A stretch of DNA of 64,000 nucleotides from Granulicella sp. (GTDB lineage: Bacteria; Acidobacteriota; Terriglobia; Terriglobales; Acidobacteriaceae): contig DAHWNL010000049.1 in assembly GCA_027339965.1 (NCBI GenBank), positions 30,542 through 94,541 of the forward strand, given 5' to 3'. Below are positions 19,704-31,881 of this stretch, piece by piece. Made by a program: the position numbers and the translations under genes. Numbering within the stretch: position 1 is the first letter of the stretch; each line of letters starts with the position of its first letter. The notes under the pieces were generated by a model. The model ran no database searches. It was not told where the DNA came from and saw nothing but the letters and a program-made list of their open reading frames with translations.

Positions 19704-19753
19704 CTCGTCCCCGTGTCCTTGTCTTAGACGCCGGCGCGCTTTCAGCGCTCCAG

Positions 19754-22700
19754 CTACTCAATCCATCTGCGAGCGTTGTCAAACATTCTCTGCCACGGAC
19801 TATCGCTCAGTTCTCTCGTCCAGGTGTGTTGTACTCCTAAAAAAACGCGCTCCGGGTGCGGCATCAGAATCAGCGCGCGCCCATCGGCGCTGGTCAACCC
19901 TGCAATCCCATGCACGGACCCACTGGGATTTAGAGGATATTGCTCCGTTACGTTGCCATAGCTATCAATGTAGCGCAATCCAACCACGGCATCCGTACCG
20001 ATGGACTTCACGTGGCCCTCGCCGTGCGCTACGACAATCGGAATTTGCGCGCCACTCATTCCGGCAAAAAAAATCGATGGGGACGCCTCAATCTGCACCA
20101 TGCAGAGGCGCGCCTCAAAGCGTGCGGAAAGGTTGCGCTCAAACTCTGGCCACCCTTGCGCCCCCGGGATCATCTCTCGAAGCTGCGCCATCATCTGGCA
20201 CCCATTGCAGACGCCCAGCGAGAAGGTCTCCGGGCGCTCGAAGAACTCCGTAAAAGCATCCTTCAGCCGCTCATTGAAGAGGATGGTCTTCGCCCATCCA
20301 CTTCCAGCTCCCAGAACATCACCGTAGGAAAACCCTCCGCAGGCGGCCAGTCCCTGAAACTGCTCCAGTAGAACGCGGCCAGTCAGCAGATCGCTCATGG
20401 TCACGTCCTGAGCGATAAACCCGGCACGGTCAAAAGCTGCGGCCATCTCCACCTGTCCGTTCACCCCCTGCTCGCGGAGGATGGCCACACGGGGACGCGC
20501 CCCATGCACGAAAGGAGCGTTCACACGCTCGGCAAGGTCAAAGGGCACTCGCACCGCGAGTCCGGGACGGTCCGCATCCTGCAAAAGCGAAAACTCCTGC
20601 CGCGCGTTCTCTGGGTTATCGCGCAGCGATTGGATGTGAAAGCTGGTTTCCGACCATCTCTGTTGAAGAATGCTGCGTTGGTTACGATAGACAAGCTCAT
20701 TGTCGCCTTTTTGCGGATCAACGATGCGTCGTACGGCGATCTCATTGCCTGGTACAGCGGTCCCTACCCGCTGCGCCATCAACCCGGCAGCCCAAAGCCG
20801 CTGTAAAACTGCCTCACTCTCCTGGCCCCTCACCTGAATCACCGCACCCAGCTCTTCACTGAAGAGAGTCTCCAACGTTGCGATCGGCAGCGCAATCTCC
20901 AGCCCCATCTTGCCCGCAAAGGCCATCTCCAGGAGAGTAACAAAGAGGCCTCCATCGCTGCGATCGTGATAGGCCAGAATCTTTCCTTCGGCGTGAAGTT
21001 GACGCACCACGGCAAAATACGCCTTGAGCAACGCCGGTGCTGGAGCATCCGGTGATTCGTCCCCTACTTGGCCATAAACCTGCGCCAGGCAGGATCCACC
21101 CAGTCGATTCTTACCCTCCCCCAGATCGATCAGCAGAAGTTGGTTGTCTCCGGGATGAAGTTGGGGCGTCAAGGTCTGCCGCACATCACTCACCGGGGCG
21201 AAACCGGAGACGATTAACGAAAGGGGTGCAATGACTTGACGATCTTCGCCGGCCTGTCGCCATTTCGTCTTCATGGACATGGAGTCCTTGCCTACTGGGA
21301 TGGTCAATCCCAGCGCGGGGCAGAACTCCATCCCCACGGCCTGAACCGCATCAAAGAGATTTTGGTCTTCCTGCCCCTCCCCGGCGGCGGCCATCCAATT
21401 GGCAGAGAGCTTAATATCGCTGAGCTTGCCGATTGCGGCACCCGCCAGATTGGTAATCACCTCCGCTACCGCCATGCGCGCAGAAGCTGCGGCATCGATC
21501 ACCGCCAATGGCGTCCGCTCACCCATCGCCATCGCCTCGCCCCAAAAGGAGTCAAAGGCTCCGAGGGTCACGGCGCAGTCCGCCACCGGCACTTGCCAGG
21601 GGCCCACCATCTGGTCCTGGACAACGCAGCCTGTGATGCTGCGATCTCCAATCGTGATCAGAAACGACTTCGAGGCGATCGCAGGCAGGCGAAGCAACCG
21701 GTCGATCGCGTCAGCGATGCTGACTCCAGCAAGATCGAGCGGCTTATACCGGTTTCGCACTCGCTTGAAGGCGCGCTCCATCCTGGGCGGCTTGCCAAAA
21801 AGAACCTGAAGCGGCAGATCGATGGCTCGGCTGCTCTCCATTCCTTGCACGTGGTCGTTCAAGGTTAGATGGCTCTCTTTTTCGGCATGTCCCACCACCG
21901 CGAAAGGGCATCTTTCGCGCTCGCAAATTGCTGCAAAGGTCTTGAGATCCTGTGGCGAAACTGAGAGGACATAACGTTCCTGCGCCTCATTGCACCATAC
22001 CTCGAGCGGGCTCATGCCTTCCTCTCCGCACGGAATCGCCGCCAGATCGAAACTGCCTCCGCAGCCTGCATCCTTGACCAGTTCCGGAAAGGCGTTGGAC
22101 AGCCCGCCTGCGCCAACATCATGGATAAAGGCGATCGGGTTTTCCTCCCCGAGCTGCCAGCAGCGATCGATGACCTCCTGGGCTCGGCGCTCCATCTCCG
22201 CGTTGCCTCGCTGTACAGAAGCGAAGTCAAGCTCTGTGTCTCCATTGCCAGCACTGCTGGATGCTGCGCCGCCCCCAAGTCCAATCAACATCGCCGGGCC
22301 GCCCAGCACGACCAACGCATCGCCCGGCCTGATCGGCTTCTTCTCCACATGACCGGCGCGTATATTTCCCAATCCACCCGCCAGCATGATCGGCTTGTGA
22401 TATCCAAAGATCATTGGCTGTCGGGAGCCATCGGCCGCAGCCACGCTAGCCTGTTCGTAGGTACGGAAGTAGCCACAAAGCGCCGGCCGGCCAAACTCGT
22501 TGTTGTAGGCTGAAGCCCCGAGCGGCCCGTCGATCATGATCTCCAGCGCTGAGGCGATCGACCCTGGCCGGCCAATCTCCTGCTCCCAGGGCTGCGGCGC
22601 TTGCGGCAGATGAAGGTTCGAAACGCTGAATCCGCAGAGTCCGGCTTTGGGTTTCGCTCCTCGACCCGTGGCTCCTTCATCCCGTATCTCTCCGCCAGAA

Positions 22701-23656
22701 CCTGTGGCGGCGCCGGGCCACGGAGAGATGGCCGTGGGATGATTATGCGTCTCCACCTTGGCCAGCATATGGATCTCTTCCTCGTGGTACCGGTAAACTC
22801 CATCCTCCGGCTCCGGGAAGAACCTTCCCCCGCGGCCCCCTCGAATCACCGCAGCGTTATCCCGGTAGGCAGAGAGAACATCCTCGCCGCCTGTGTCATA
22901 GGTATTCCGAATCATCTGGAATAGAGATCTGGCTTGCTTGACGCCGTCGATCGTCCAGTTGGCATTGAAGATCTTGTGCCGGCAATGTTCACTGTTGGCC
23001 TGCGCGAACATGTACAGCTCAACATCGGTGGGATTGCGGCCCAGGCGCAGAAACTCGTTCGCCAGATAGTCAATTTCATCGCCGGCCAAACCGAGCCCCA
23101 GGGTGCGGTCGGCAGCCAGGATCGCCTCTTTGCCCCGGCCAAGAACATCTATCTGCTCGATGCCCTTCCGTTCTCGAGGGGAAAACAGAGCCTGTAACTC
23201 CTCCACATCCTGATAGAAGACGCTCTCGGTCATCCGATCATGCAGAGAGTCCGCAATCGTGGAGATCTTGTCGATGGCAGCGCCGCTGGCGGTCACCATT
23301 CGCACCACACGCGCGCGCTCAACTCTGGAGATTGCTTCAAAACCCGTATTGCGCAGGATGTCGCTCGCCTTGCTGGACCATGGCGACTGCGTTCCCACGC
23401 GGGGTCCAATCCATATCCTGCTTCCGCCCTTCACCTCTGGAACGCCCTCCCGGCCTGCGCCCAGCACCTGCCCGAGCCGCGCGGAGTCGATCTGCGCCTC
23501 AGCCTCAGCGGACAGGAGGAGAAGATACAGATAGCGAGCTTCCACATGTATCATGCCGGAAGCCTCCGCAGGATGGTTGCTTTGGATACGCTGGACCAGC
23601 CTTGCCGCCTCAAATGAGGTCAGCGCCGGCGGTCCGGGTAGCACCCGCATCCTCAT
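19754..23656 (-). CDS. purL: FGAM synthase, large single-chain type (about 1300 aa); start moved to ATG 23656
   Basis: [34 protein letters not shown], fused glutaminase domain with GVCNGCQ and MPHPER. Confidence 0.98.
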   Translation of the reverse strand: MRMRVLPGPPALTSFEAARLVQRIQSNHPAEASGMIHVEARYLYLLLLSAEAEAQIDSARLGQVLGAGREGVPEVKGGSRIWIGPRVGTQSPWSSKASDILRNTGFEAISRVERARVVRMVTASGAAIDKISTIADSLHDRMTESVFYQDVEELQALFSPRERKGIEQIDVLGRGKEAILAADRTLGLGLAGDEIDYLANEFLRLGRNPTDVELYMFAQANSEHCRHKIFNANWTIDGVKQARSLFQMIRNTYDTGGEDVLSAYRDNAAVIRGGRGGRFFPEPEDGVYRYHEEEIHMLAKVETHNHPTAISPWPGAATGSGGEIRDEGATGRGAKPKAGLCGFSVSNLHLPQAPQPWEQEIGRPGSIASALEIMIDGPLGASAYNNEFGRPALCGYFRTYEQASVAAADGSRQPMIFGYHKPIMLAGGLGNIRAGHVEKKPIRPGDALVVLGGPAMLIGLGGGAASSSAGNGDTELDFASVQRGNAEMERRAQEVIDRCWQLGEENPIAFIHDVGAGGLSNAFPELVKDAGCGGSFDLAAIPCGEEGMSPLEVWCNEAQERYVLSVSPQDLKTFAAICERERCPFAVVGHAEKESHLTLNDHVQGMESSRAIDLPLQVLFGKPPRMERAFKRVRNRYKPLDLAGVSIADAIDRLLRLPAIASKSFLITIGDRSITGCVVQDQMVGPWQVPVADCAVTLGAFDSFWGEAMAMGERTPLAVIDAAASARMAVAEVITNLAGAAIGKLSDIKLSANWMAAAGEGQEDQNLFDAVQAVGMEFCPALGLTIPVGKDSMSMKTKWRQAGEDRQVIAPLSLIVSGFAPVSDVRQTLTPQLHPGDNQLLLIDLGEGKNRLGGSCLAQVYGQVGDESPDAPAPALLKAYFAVVRQLHAEGKILAYHDRSDGGLFVTLLEMAFAGKMGLEIALPIATLETLFSEELGAVIQVRGQESEAVLQRLWAAGLMAQRVGTAVPGNEIAVRRIVDPQKGDNELVYRNQRSILQQRWSETSFHIQSLRDNPENARQEFSLLQDADRPGLAVRVPFDLAERVNAPFVHGARPRVAILREQGVNGQVEMAAAFDRAGFIAQDVTMSDLLTGRVLLEQFQGLAACGGFSYGDVLGAGSGWAKTILFNERLKDAFTEFFERPETFSLGVCNGCQMMAQLREMIPGAQGWPEFERNLSARFEARLCMVQIEASPSIFFAGMSGAQIPIVVAHGEGHVKSIGTDAVVGLRYIDSYGNVTEQYPLNPSGSVHGIAGLTSADGRALILMPHPERVFLGVQHTWTRELSDSPWQRMFDNARRWIE

Positions 23657-23666
23657 CTCTTTTGCA

Positions 23667-25196
23667 CTAGAGATGGGCATAAAGGTTTCTTGTGATGTGG
23701 TTGGCGACATCGGAGGTATATTTGGCGGCGTCGTTGCGCTTCTGTTCCAGGGTATTGAGATACTCTTCGGTGATATCTCCGGTGACGTAAACTCCATCAA
23801 AGACGGACGTATCAAAGTGGGTGAGATCGGGGCAAGCTTGGTGGATAGCCTCTTTGAGATCCTCCAGATCCTGGAAGATCAGTTCGTCGGCGCCGATGTC
23901 CTTCGCCAGTTGAACCACGTCACGTCCACTGGCGATCAATTCCGAGCGAGCCGGCATGTCAATGCCGTATACGTTGGGGAACCGAACCGGCGGCGCCGCT
24001 GAAGAAACATATACCTTCTCCGCGCCCTGCTCCCGGACCATTGCGATGATCTCGCGAATGGTGGTCCCTCGAACAATGGAGTCATCCACCAGCAGCACCT
24101 TTTTTCCTTGAAATGCTTGTGGAATCGGGTTCAGCTTGCGGCGAATCGACTGCCTGCGCTGGGCCTGTCCCGGCATGATAAAGGTTCGCCCCACATAGCG
24201 ATTCCTGATTAACGCATCCCGGTAAGGCAGGTTCAATCTTGTAGCAATCTCCTGGGCTGCAATGCGGCTTGTGGACGGAATGGGAATCACCACATCGATA
24301 GGAACGTGAGACCACTCACGCTGAATCTTCTCTGCGAGCTTGGCGCCCATGTTGATACGGCACTGATAGACCGACGCTCCATCCACCACCGAATCGGGAC
24401 GAGCCAGATACACGAACTCAAACAGACATGGCGCCTTTTCATGCGCCTGCAAACTAACATGACGATAAACCGTACCCTCCAGGTCGATAAAGATCACCTC
24501 TCCCGGAGCAAGATCGTGATCCAGACGGAATCCGCTGACTTGCAGCGCCACGCTCTCCGACGCGACCATATACTCGAGCTCCCGCGCGTCATCCGGCCCT
24601 CCCTTCTCCCCGCGAACTCCAAACACCAGCGGCCGGATGCCGTGCAGATCGCGGAAGGCGATCAATCCCACGCCGGCAACCATGGCGACCACCGCATAGC
24701 CGCCCTTGCAACGGCGATGCACCTCCTCCACAGCCGCAAAGATATCGAATTCATTGGGATGAACCGCGCCACGGCGCGCCAGCGCGTGAGCAAAGACGTT
24801 CAGCATCACCTCGGAGTCTGAACTAGTGTTCAGATGGCGCATGTCCGTCCGAAAAAGGCTATCCACAATCTCCGAGACATTGGTCAGATTTCCGTTATGG
24901 GCAAAGATAATGCCGTAGGGAGAGTTGACATAAAACGGCTGCGCCTCCGCGACAGACGCGCAGCCGGCTGTGGGATAACGCACATGCCCCACCCCCATAT
25001 CGCCCAACAATCGCGCCATGGTCTCAGCGTCAAAGACGTCGGTCAGCAGACCATTGCCCTTTTCCAAATAAAACCTGTCCTCAAAACAAGTGGCAATCCC
25101 GGCAGCATCCTGGCCACGATGCTGGAGCATCGAAAGGCTCTCGTAGATCACCGCGCTTACCGGACTATGGCCAAAGACCCCAACAATACCGCACAT
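23667..25196 (-). CDS. purF: Amidophosphoribosyltransferase
   Basis: MCGIVG N-terminal nucleophile, [20 protein letters not shown] loop [13 protein letters not shown]. Confidence 0.98.
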   Translation of the reverse strand: MCGIVGVFGHSPVSAVIYESLSMLQHRGQDAAGIATCFEDRFYLEKGNGLLTDVFDAETMARLLGDMGVGHVRYPTAGCASVAEAQPFYVNSPYGIIFAHNGNLTNVSEIVDSLFRTDMRHLNTSSDSEVMLNVFAHALARRGAVHPNEFDIFAAVEEVHRRCKGGYAVVAMVAGVGLIAFRDLHGIRPLVFGVRGEKGGPDDARELEYMVASESVALQVSGFRLDHDLAPGEVIFIDLEGTVYRHVSLQAHEKAPCLFEFVYLARPDSVVDGASVYQCRINMGAKLAEKIQREWSHVPIDVVIPIPSTSRIAAQEIATRLNLPYRDALIRNRYVGRTFIMPGQAQRRQSIRRKLNPIPQAFQGKKVLLVDDSIVRGTTIREIIAMVREQGAEKVYVSSAAPPVRFPNVYGIDMPARSELIASGRDVVQLAKDIGADELIFQDLEDLKEAIHQACPDLTHFDTSVFDGVYVTGDITEEYLNTLEQKRNDAAKYTSDVANHITRNLYAHL

Positions 25197-25490
25197 GATT
25201 CCTCACTCGTCTGCAACGCAACCGTTGGATCTTACCCCTTGGGACGTCTGAAGACGTTCCCTTCCTTGCCGGCCAATTGACAGCGCACATAAAACTGCAT
25301 CGAGGCCACTCTTATCTCGGGAGCATTCGGCATGACAGCAGAAAAGGAGAGAAAAAGATTCAAATAGTGGTTATAACATCATGAAACTAAATTACTTATC
25401 ATCAGTAGCTCGAGAACAGGCCCGAACCTCCCTCATTCCTCATGCTTGGTTCTCCTCTTATCATCTCCCATTCGCGTGAGGAAAGTCATC

Positions 25491-25508
25491 CCGTTCGAGC
25501 TCGAACGG
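25491..25508. repeat. Perfect 18-bp palindrome downstream of the beta-barrel gene
   Basis: CCGTTCGAG-CTCGAACGG, 12 bp past the stop at 25521; terminator-like or a protein-binding site. Confidence 0.6.
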
Positions 25509-25520
25509 TCGGGTTCAAGC

Positions 25521-27221
25521 CTAGAAATTGAAGGCGAGCCCTCCAAGAATTGCGCGTGGAACCTGACTGAGAAGCAACGTCTGGCCGTTGGGCGAATTTG
25601 CAGGTTGTTCGCCCTGATGGAGCAGGTTGGTCGCCTCCAGCAGCATATCTAGACCCTGAGGCAACAAACCTCCCGACCACAATCGTTGCCGTATATAGAA
25701 GTTGAGGTAGGCCTCGTCCGGCAGGACGTTGAACTCATTTACCTGGGTCAATGTACTCGCGGGTTGCCAACGGTACTCGATCCGCAGTTCCGTTCCCGTG
25801 CGAAGAATCTTGCCCCGCAACGCCGCGCTTGCCGCCTCCGCCATCTCTTTGCCCAGGCCGGCAGGCAGGTTTTCCAGCGTCAAGCCGTCTTTGGCTTTCC
25901 AAGCAGTTCCCCGGTCGTACTCGATCCACGCCGCTAGAGCCGAAGTCCAGGTTTGCAGGATGCAGACGCTCAGGCCGCTTGCTGCATAACCGGGTCCTGC
26001 CAACTCAAAGATTCCTGTCGTGCGGTCTGCGATCGCCTGGGTCAACTGCAACGCCGAGTTGTTCATGACCCCGCTGCCGGCGATCGCTGCATAAGGAACT
26101 CTGTCCAGGTACGCTGAGGCCCTTAAGGCGCGGCTTCCAAAACGGCGGCTTACGGAGATCTCTTGGTGCATACCGCTGTCATTGCGAGGGCGCCCATGCC
26201 CATTGGTTACGACGCTCAACGTCGGATTCAAGTCATCCATGTCATCGGAACGCTGCAACTCTCGCCCCATGGCATAGCGATACTCCACCACGAGATTCTG
26301 CCCCCAAGGTATGGCGACGCGGAAGTACGGTTCCATCTCAAACTGCGCCTGCTCCAGCCTTTCGCCCTGAGCCAATGCGCCCACATCGATCAGAAGGGTG
26401 TTGCCAATGGGTATCCGCTCCGCACTGGCAACGCGTAGCAACTGGAAGCCTCCACCCGGACTTCCATCCGTCAACTCCGGTTGCGACTGGAAGCTGCCGG
26501 CCAGCCGCGTGCTTCCACCCATTGGGTTTGCGATTCCATAGCCGGCTACCAGCGCGACTGAAGGCTGAGCGGAGGTTGACGCTGTCCGTATCTCGCCGAG
26601 ATCTGCACGCAGCACAGCCGCATTCCCATTTCCCATGGTCCGGTTCAGCAGGAGAGTCTGATGGGGCCCGCCATTTCCAAATACTCCGTCTGCGTTGGAG
26701 AACAGAAGCCTTCGCTGTGAAGATGCTCGGTGAGGTCGTTCGGTACTGGATGAAGCGGGAACTCCGTCGTCCGGATCCACCCATTGCAGAAGAGGGCGGC
26801 TGGCCATGGCGCGCAGGGTCCACTTCCAGTCATCGACTGGATCGTCAGCTCGGCGACGCTGAGCTGGAAGCCAATTAGCGACGTCGAAGATACCCTGCAA
26901 CGTGAGGTTAGCCACTGTTTGCACGTCAGGACGCAGACGGACGTCATTGCGCACCAAGGGAAGGAAGAAAGCGGCTGACACACGCAGTTCATACTTCCCA
27001 GGGAAAAGCTTGGTCAGGAGATATCGGCCGTGTGAATCGCTGACGGCTGTCGCCACAGTTTGGCTGTCGGGGCGGCTCATCAACTCGATGAGCGCCCCCA
27101 TCTGTGGCGTCCCGTGAGCGTCTTCGACCGTTCCAGCGAGAGCTGCTGTCTGCTGGGCGTGAATCAACCCCGCGCAACCAACAAGAATCAGCCAGACCAG
27201 ACTTGGGACAAATCGTTTCAC
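25521..27221 (-). CDS. Carboxypeptidase-regulatory-like domain protein, predicted outer-membrane beta-barrel (TonB-receptor-like architecture)
   Basis: Signal peptide; LAGTVED..G.P..GA...SDSHGRY....PGKYELRV domain; amphipathic strands; C-terminal LEATNLL...GGLAFNF with terminal Phe. Confidence 0.75.
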   Translation of the reverse strand: MKRFVPSLVWLILVGCAGLIHAQQTAALAGTVEDAHGTPQMGALIELMSRPDSQTVATAVSDSHGRYLLTKLFPGKYELRVSAAFFLPLVRNDVRLRPDVQTVANLTLQGIFDVANWLPAQRRRADDPVDDWKWTLRAMASRPLLQWVDPDDGVPASSSTERPHRASSQRRLLFSNADGVFGNGGPHQTLLLNRTMGNGNAAVLRADLGEIRTASTSAQPSVALVAGYGIANPMGGSTRLAGSFQSQPELTDGSPGGGFQLLRVASAERIPIGNTLLIDVGALAQGERLEQAQFEMEPYFRVAIPWGQNLVVEYRYAMGRELQRSDDMDDLNPTLSVVTNGHGRPRNDSGMHQEISVSRRFGSRALRASAYLDRVPYAAIAGSGVMNNSALQLTQAIADRTTGIFELAGPGYAASGLSVCILQTWTSALAAWIEYDRGTAWKAKDGLTLENLPAGLGKEMAEAASAALRGKILRTGTELRIEYRWQPASTLTQVNEFNVLPDEAYLNFYIRQRLWSGGLLPQGLDMLLEATNLLHQGEQPANSPNGQTLLLSQVPRAILGGLAFNF

Positions 27222-27444
27222 CGCGCTTCAAAACCTCAAGGGCGCGTCGATGGCACTCTGACTCCACCCGGTGATTGGGCCGAGTGGGAGGCGATCAGAA
27301 TGGAGCTGGCTATTGCGGTGGTGTCTTGCGTAGCTTGGCTCCCTATCGCATGGTTCCCGAGCTTCAGGATCCACGCAGACCCCTGCACGCTATGGCTTTG
27401 GTTGCCGCACATCCAGAGATTCAAAAAATGGGTTGAACAGCTTC

Positions 27445-29202
27445 CTACTCAACATTGAATGGTGCGCTCTGGGCAATGTGCTGCTTCAGGATGCCGTCGT
27501 TCACCTTGATCGTAAGCTGGTACTTGCCCGGTTCCAGACTCGCCAGAGGCATTGTCTTTTCCAGAGTGAGTTGGTCAGCATTGGGGTTGAGCTTGTCAGT
27601 TGACTCCTGCGTGTCCAGAATCTGCTTGTTCGTGGCCAGGTCCAGAATCTGATATTCGATTGTGGCGTCATTGCGCTTATTCTGCCCGATCCCCAGGTTG
27701 TACACCTGCATCCAGAAGTTGAGGTTCTGGTTGCGATGAAAGATCACAGGCGCGGTCACCGTGGGCGGAACCCTTGGAATCACCTTGGTGTTGCCAATGA
27801 CGAAGCTTCCCGTCCCAATGTCCTTGGAGGGCACTCGCTCCATGGAAGATGCCAGGATAAGCGATGAGGACGCCAGAAGGTCATCGTCATACTCGGGGAC
27901 GTCGATGCTGCGTCTCCAGATGCCAATATGGTCCGGGTCATTCACATCCTTGATTGCAATCTCCAGCTTGTAGCGCCCGGGAGGAAGCGGAATGGCATTC
28001 CAGTACACGGAGACATTATTCTTGGTCCGCTCCAACAGATCACTTGGCGTCTCCACCTTCACCGTATCCTCGAAGGTGTACATAATGCGATGCGTAATCG
28101 TGCTTACACGTCCAAGAATGTTGACCAACCCCACCGAATCGCCTTCTTTGGTGTTGTAGGTAATGTCACCATTGCGAATCTGCAGGGTGACCGGCACCAT
28201 CACGGTACTGTTCGTGACCTTGACGTAGTCCGTTCGCACGTCAAACAGGAACGGCGGCCCGTTCAGAACCTTCGACGATGTCAGGAACTGATCCAGATCC
28301 GTGAACTGAATGGGTGGCGGAGCAAACAGCTTCGAGAAGGTATCCAGACGGTCAAACTCCTTGCCCTGCTGCGAAGAGGACATAGGCCCCGTACCCAGCT
28401 GCTCCAGACCGCCTCCAGTGAATCGATCTTTCTTTTGGGCCATACCCATCTGTTCATATTGGGTTAGTCCGGCGCCGGGAACGTGCAGCAAGGCATCCTT
28501 TTCCGCGCGATTGATCGTTGCGTGATACTCCCCGCACATACAGGTGTCCACAAACTCAACATCGATGTTATCGCCGATACCGGCCAGATAGCGATAGTGC
28601 CAGACCTCGAACGGATAGGTTGACGTCTCACCGCCCCCTTCATCGACGGGCCGCTCATAAGTTCCGCCCGAAGGGTGCGAATCGATGCTGTCTGGCTTTC
28701 CCCACGCTATGTAGATATGACCGCGGTCGGTCATCCAGCCCGGTTCGCCGGCAGCGAAGTGCTCATTGGCGTACTGGATGCGTGCATAGTATTCGTCGCG
28801 GAATTCGTTGTCGTTGGAGTCCGGATTGGGGTTGCGGCGCTGCCAGAATGCCTCGATGAAAGCGTCCCGCTCCTCATCGTTACTCAGGTTTTTAAAGGCG
28901 TTTTCTTCCTCGGGGGTGATGATCCATCGCACATCCTCGTTCAGCCACTTTTTGTAGTACCCCTTGAGCTCTTCTCGAGTGGCCTTGCGGCGCTGCCGCT
29001 CCTGGCTGTACGTAAGCTTGCGGGTTAATGGGTTGGGCTTTTCTACAACCGGGGGGGCTTTGGCAGCGCCTCCGCTAGCAGGCGTCGTCTGCGCCGTAGT
29101 CTGGTCCGAAGAGGCAGATTGCCCCGGAAGTCTCGCGCCCATACAAACAAGCGCCGTGATCGTCATTCCAGAGAGAAGATAACGTGATATCGAGTTGTTC
29201 AT
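27445..29202 (-). CDS. GWxTD domain-containing protein (start probably ATG 29202)
   Basis: KKWLNEDVRWIITPEE, FIEAFWQRR and PGWMTDRGHIYI signature; signal peptide; C-terminal Ig-like domains. Confidence 0.92.
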   Translation of the reverse strand: MNNSISRYLLSGMTITALVCMGARLPGQSASSDQTTAQTTPASGGAAKAPPVVEKPNPLTRKLTYSQERQRRKATREELKGYYKKWLNEDVRWIITPEEENAFKNLSNDEERDAFIEAFWQRRNPNPDSNDNEFRDEYYARIQYANEHFAAGEPGWMTDRGHIYIAWGKPDSIDSHPSGGTYERPVDEGGGETSTYPFEVWHYRYLAGIGDNIDVEFVDTCMCGEYHATINRAEKDALLHVPGAGLTQYEQMGMAQKKDRFTGGGLEQLGTGPMSSSQQGKEFDRLDTFSKLFAPPPIQFTDLDQFLTSSKVLNGPPFLFDVRTDYVKVTNSTVMVPVTLQIRNGDITYNTKEGDSVGLVNILGRVSTITHRIMYTFEDTVKVETPSDLLERTKNNVSVYWNAIPLPPGRYKLEIAIKDVNDPDHIGIWRRSIDVPEYDDDLLASSSLILASSMERVPSKDIGTGSFVIGNTKVIPRVPPTVTAPVIFHRNQNLNFWMQVYNLGIGQNKRNDATIEYQILDLATNKQILDTQESTDKLNPNADQLTLEKTMPLASLEPGKYQLTIKVNDGILKQHIAQSAPFNVE

Positions 29203-29510
29203 GAGTGGGCCCCGCTGCTGATATACACCCTGCCCTATTCTAGTATCGGTTATCGGCCTGCACAAGGACACCCCGCCTCGCGCTGGTATCATCCAGATAG
29301 AACTGGATTTGTTGTTCTGCCGACACGCGCCGCCGAGGGGCGGGTGCGGTGACGGCCATCGTCGCGCCGTGTGATCTTCCGCGCCGGGCGGCTTTGCGGA
29401 ACCAAGGGAAAGTCCGCAGCGTATTCGCTTCTGTCAGAATCAAATTGGGGAGTCAAGTCTCGAAACAAGGAACGGCTCCGCCAAGAGAAAGCGCTCACCA
29501 CTGGTAATAT

Positions 29511-30908
29511 ATGACTGGCAAGAAGATTTCGCTGACCATTCTGCTCTTTCTTCTGGTGACCGGCATCGTTGCCGGAACCATTGCACACAGCCGTTCGGAC
29601 GTTCCGGCCGTTACCACCGGCAAAGCGGTTCGCGAAGATCTGGTGTCCACAGTAAGCGGTACCGGAGAGATCAAACCCAAAGTTCAGGTTAATGTGGGCA
29701 CCACTGCCTTCGGCCGCATCACGCGCCTCTACGTGAAGGAAGGCGATCATGTAAAAGCTGGTCAACTGCTGGCGACGGTGGAGAGCCAGCAACAGGCCAG
29801 CAATGTGGCGGCCCAGAACGCGACGATCGCAGCGGCGCAGACCAACGTCGACTCTTATATTGCCAATGAGAAGACCGCTCAGGCCAATGTCCTGGAGGCC
29901 CAGGCAGATCTGGAACAGAAGCGCTTTGACTATCAGCGCGCCCGCGCCCTTTATCAGGACAACTTGATCGCCAAACAGGATTTCGACGCCAAGAAAGCCG
30001 CTTATGACGTGGATGTGGCCACGGTGGCCCAGCGCCAGGCGGAGGTCCGGCAGGCCAAGGCTCAGGTGGACTCGGCGCGCAGCCAGGTAAGGCAGGATAT
30101 CGCCATGCTTCAAGGGGATAATTACTCGCTGGAGTTGACCCGGAGTATCGCCCCATTTGACGGTCTGGTGACCAACGTCCCGGTGCGGGAGGGCGAAACC
30201 GTCGTCGAGGGCATCCAGAACTCGGAGGGCTCAACCCTTATGACCCTGGCGGACATGTCCGTCATTACCGCGGAAGTCAAGGTCGACGAGACCGACATTC
30301 CGAGCGTGGCTCTCGGCCAGACGGCGCTGGTCAGCGTGGATGCCTTCCCGGGACAAACCTTCACCGGAAAGGTCACGGAGGTCGGAGATCAGGCCCTGCT
30401 GAGAACCACAGGCCTGGCTACTTCCCAGTCAACCACCGGCACGGAAGAAGCCAAAGACTTTAAGGTGGTGGTTACCTTGGATCCGACCAAGGTAGACCTT
30501 AGACCCGGATTAACCTGTACGGCCAAGATCACCACCGCAAACAAGCCAAATGTTCTGGCCATTCCCATCCAGGCGCTGGTGCTGCGAGACGCCGCTGTGG
30601 AAAAAGAGTACTTTCACCGTCACGGGAAGGCCCTCTCTTCTGCTTCTGCCAGCACCAGCGGCGAGTCAAAACTGGTGCAAGGGGTCTATCAGTTGACGAA
30701 CCAGGACGGTCGCCTTCGCGTCCGCTTTGTACCTGTCACCACAGGCATCGCCGGCGCCACAGATATTGAGGTCCTCAGCGGCCTGAAGGCCAAAGATGAA
30801 GTGGTCACCGGCCATTATCGGGTGCTGCGCATGCTGCACAGCGGCACGGCGGTAAAGCGAGACAACTCCGTCGCTGTCCCACTAGCCTCGGATGACAGTT
30901 CGACCTAA
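29511..30908 (+). CDS. MacA/HlyD-like periplasmic adaptor (MFP)
   Basis: N-terminal [15 protein letters not shown]; long coiled coil; [21 protein letters not shown]. Confidence 0.92.
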   Translation: MTGKKISLTILLFLLVTGIVAGTIAHSRSDVPAVTTGKAVREDLVSTVSGTGEIKPKVQVNVGTTAFGRITRLYVKEGDHVKAGQLLATVESQQQASNVAAQNATIAAAQTNVDSYIANEKTAQANVLEAQADLEQKRFDYQRARALYQDNLIAKQDFDAKKAAYDVDVATVAQRQAEVRQAKAQVDSARSQVRQDIAMLQGDNYSLELTRSIAPFDGLVTNVPVREGETVVEGIQNSEGSTLMTLADMSVITAEVKVDETDIPSVALGQTALVSVDAFPGQTFTGKVTEVGDQALLRTTGLATSQSTTGTEEAKDFKVVVTLDPTKVDLRPGLTCTAKITTANKPNVLAIPIQALVLRDAAVEKEYFHRHGKALSSASASTSGESKLVQGVYQLTNQDGRLRVRFVPVTTGIAGATDIEVLSGLKAKDEVVTGHYRVLRMLHSGTAVKRDNSVAVPLASDDSST

Positions 30909-30946
30909 GTTCTGCCCTGCCAAATCATGTCCCAGCGGAGACACTC

Positions 30947-31714
30947 ATGACGATCAACACCTCCGAAGTCATCGCACCGGCATCCAATCGCGTCGGCGCA
31001 AATGCGGACGGGCCGCACTCCGGCGATGTCATCGTAACCGACAATCTTTGGAAGACCTACGAGATGGGCGACCAGTTGGTTCATGCCCTGCGCGGTATCG
31101 ACATTCGGATTCAGCACAACGAATACGTTGCGATCATGGGACCATCCGGCTCTGGAAAATCCACGCTGATGAACCTGATCGGATGCCTTGACAGCCCCAG
31201 CGAGGGCCGCTACTGGCTCAACGGTCATGATGTCTCACAGCTCAACGACGATGAGATGGCTCGCATCCGCAACAAGGAGATCGGCTTTGTCTTTCAAACC
31301 TTCAATCTGCTGGCCCGGGCCACGGCTCTCCACAACGTCGAACTTCCTTTGATTTATAACGGTACCCCGGCGGCAGAGCGATTGGAGCGCGCCAGACAGA
31401 TCCTTAGTTCGGTTGGCCTTGCCGAGCGCATGAACCACAAACCGAATGAACTCTCCGGCGGTCAGCGTCAACGCGTCGCCATCGCTCGGGCGCTGGTCAA
31501 CAAGCCCTCCATCATCCTGGCCGACGAGCCCACAGGAAACCTCGACTCGAAGACATCCGTCGAGATTATGGCTCTCATTGACAAGCTTCACTCCGACGGA
31601 AATACAATCGTCCTGGTGACTCACGAGCCGGACATCGCCGATTATGCCCACCGCGTCATCTCCATCCGTGACGGCTCGGTTGAGGCTGACAGGCTCAGCG
31701 ACCGCGTTCGGTAG
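30947..31714 (+). CDS. ABC transporter ATP-binding protein (MacB/LolD type)
   Basis: Walker [50 protein letters not shown]. Confidence 0.97.
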   Translation: MTINTSEVIAPASNRVGANADGPHSGDVIVTDNLWKTYEMGDQLVHALRGIDIRIQHNEYVAIMGPSGSGKSTLMNLIGCLDSPSEGRYWLNGHDVSQLNDDEMARIRNKEIGFVFQTFNLLARATALHNVELPLIYNGTPAAERLERARQILSSVGLAERMNHKPNELSGGQRQRVAIARALVNKPSIILADEPTGNLDSKTSVEIMALIDKLHSDGNTIVLVTHEPDIADYAHRVISIRDGSVEADRLSDRVR

Positions 31715-31881
31715 ATCTGCGGCCTGCTTGCGCGGGATCCTTCCCTGGGAGCAAGCCGACTGCGGCGCTGGAATCGTTGTGGCGAAGAGTTTTCCCCGCT
31801 CTCTCTATTCTGAACGGCGAACGGTTGCCAGAGATGTTCCTCTGCTTACCGGAACACTCTTCGGGCATCTAAACTAGGAGT

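Noticed and set aside
25197..25520. Purine, ZTP or PRPP riboswitch upstream of purF
   Set aside because: No conserved aptamer motifs recognised by eye; an Rfam scan would be needed to exclude one
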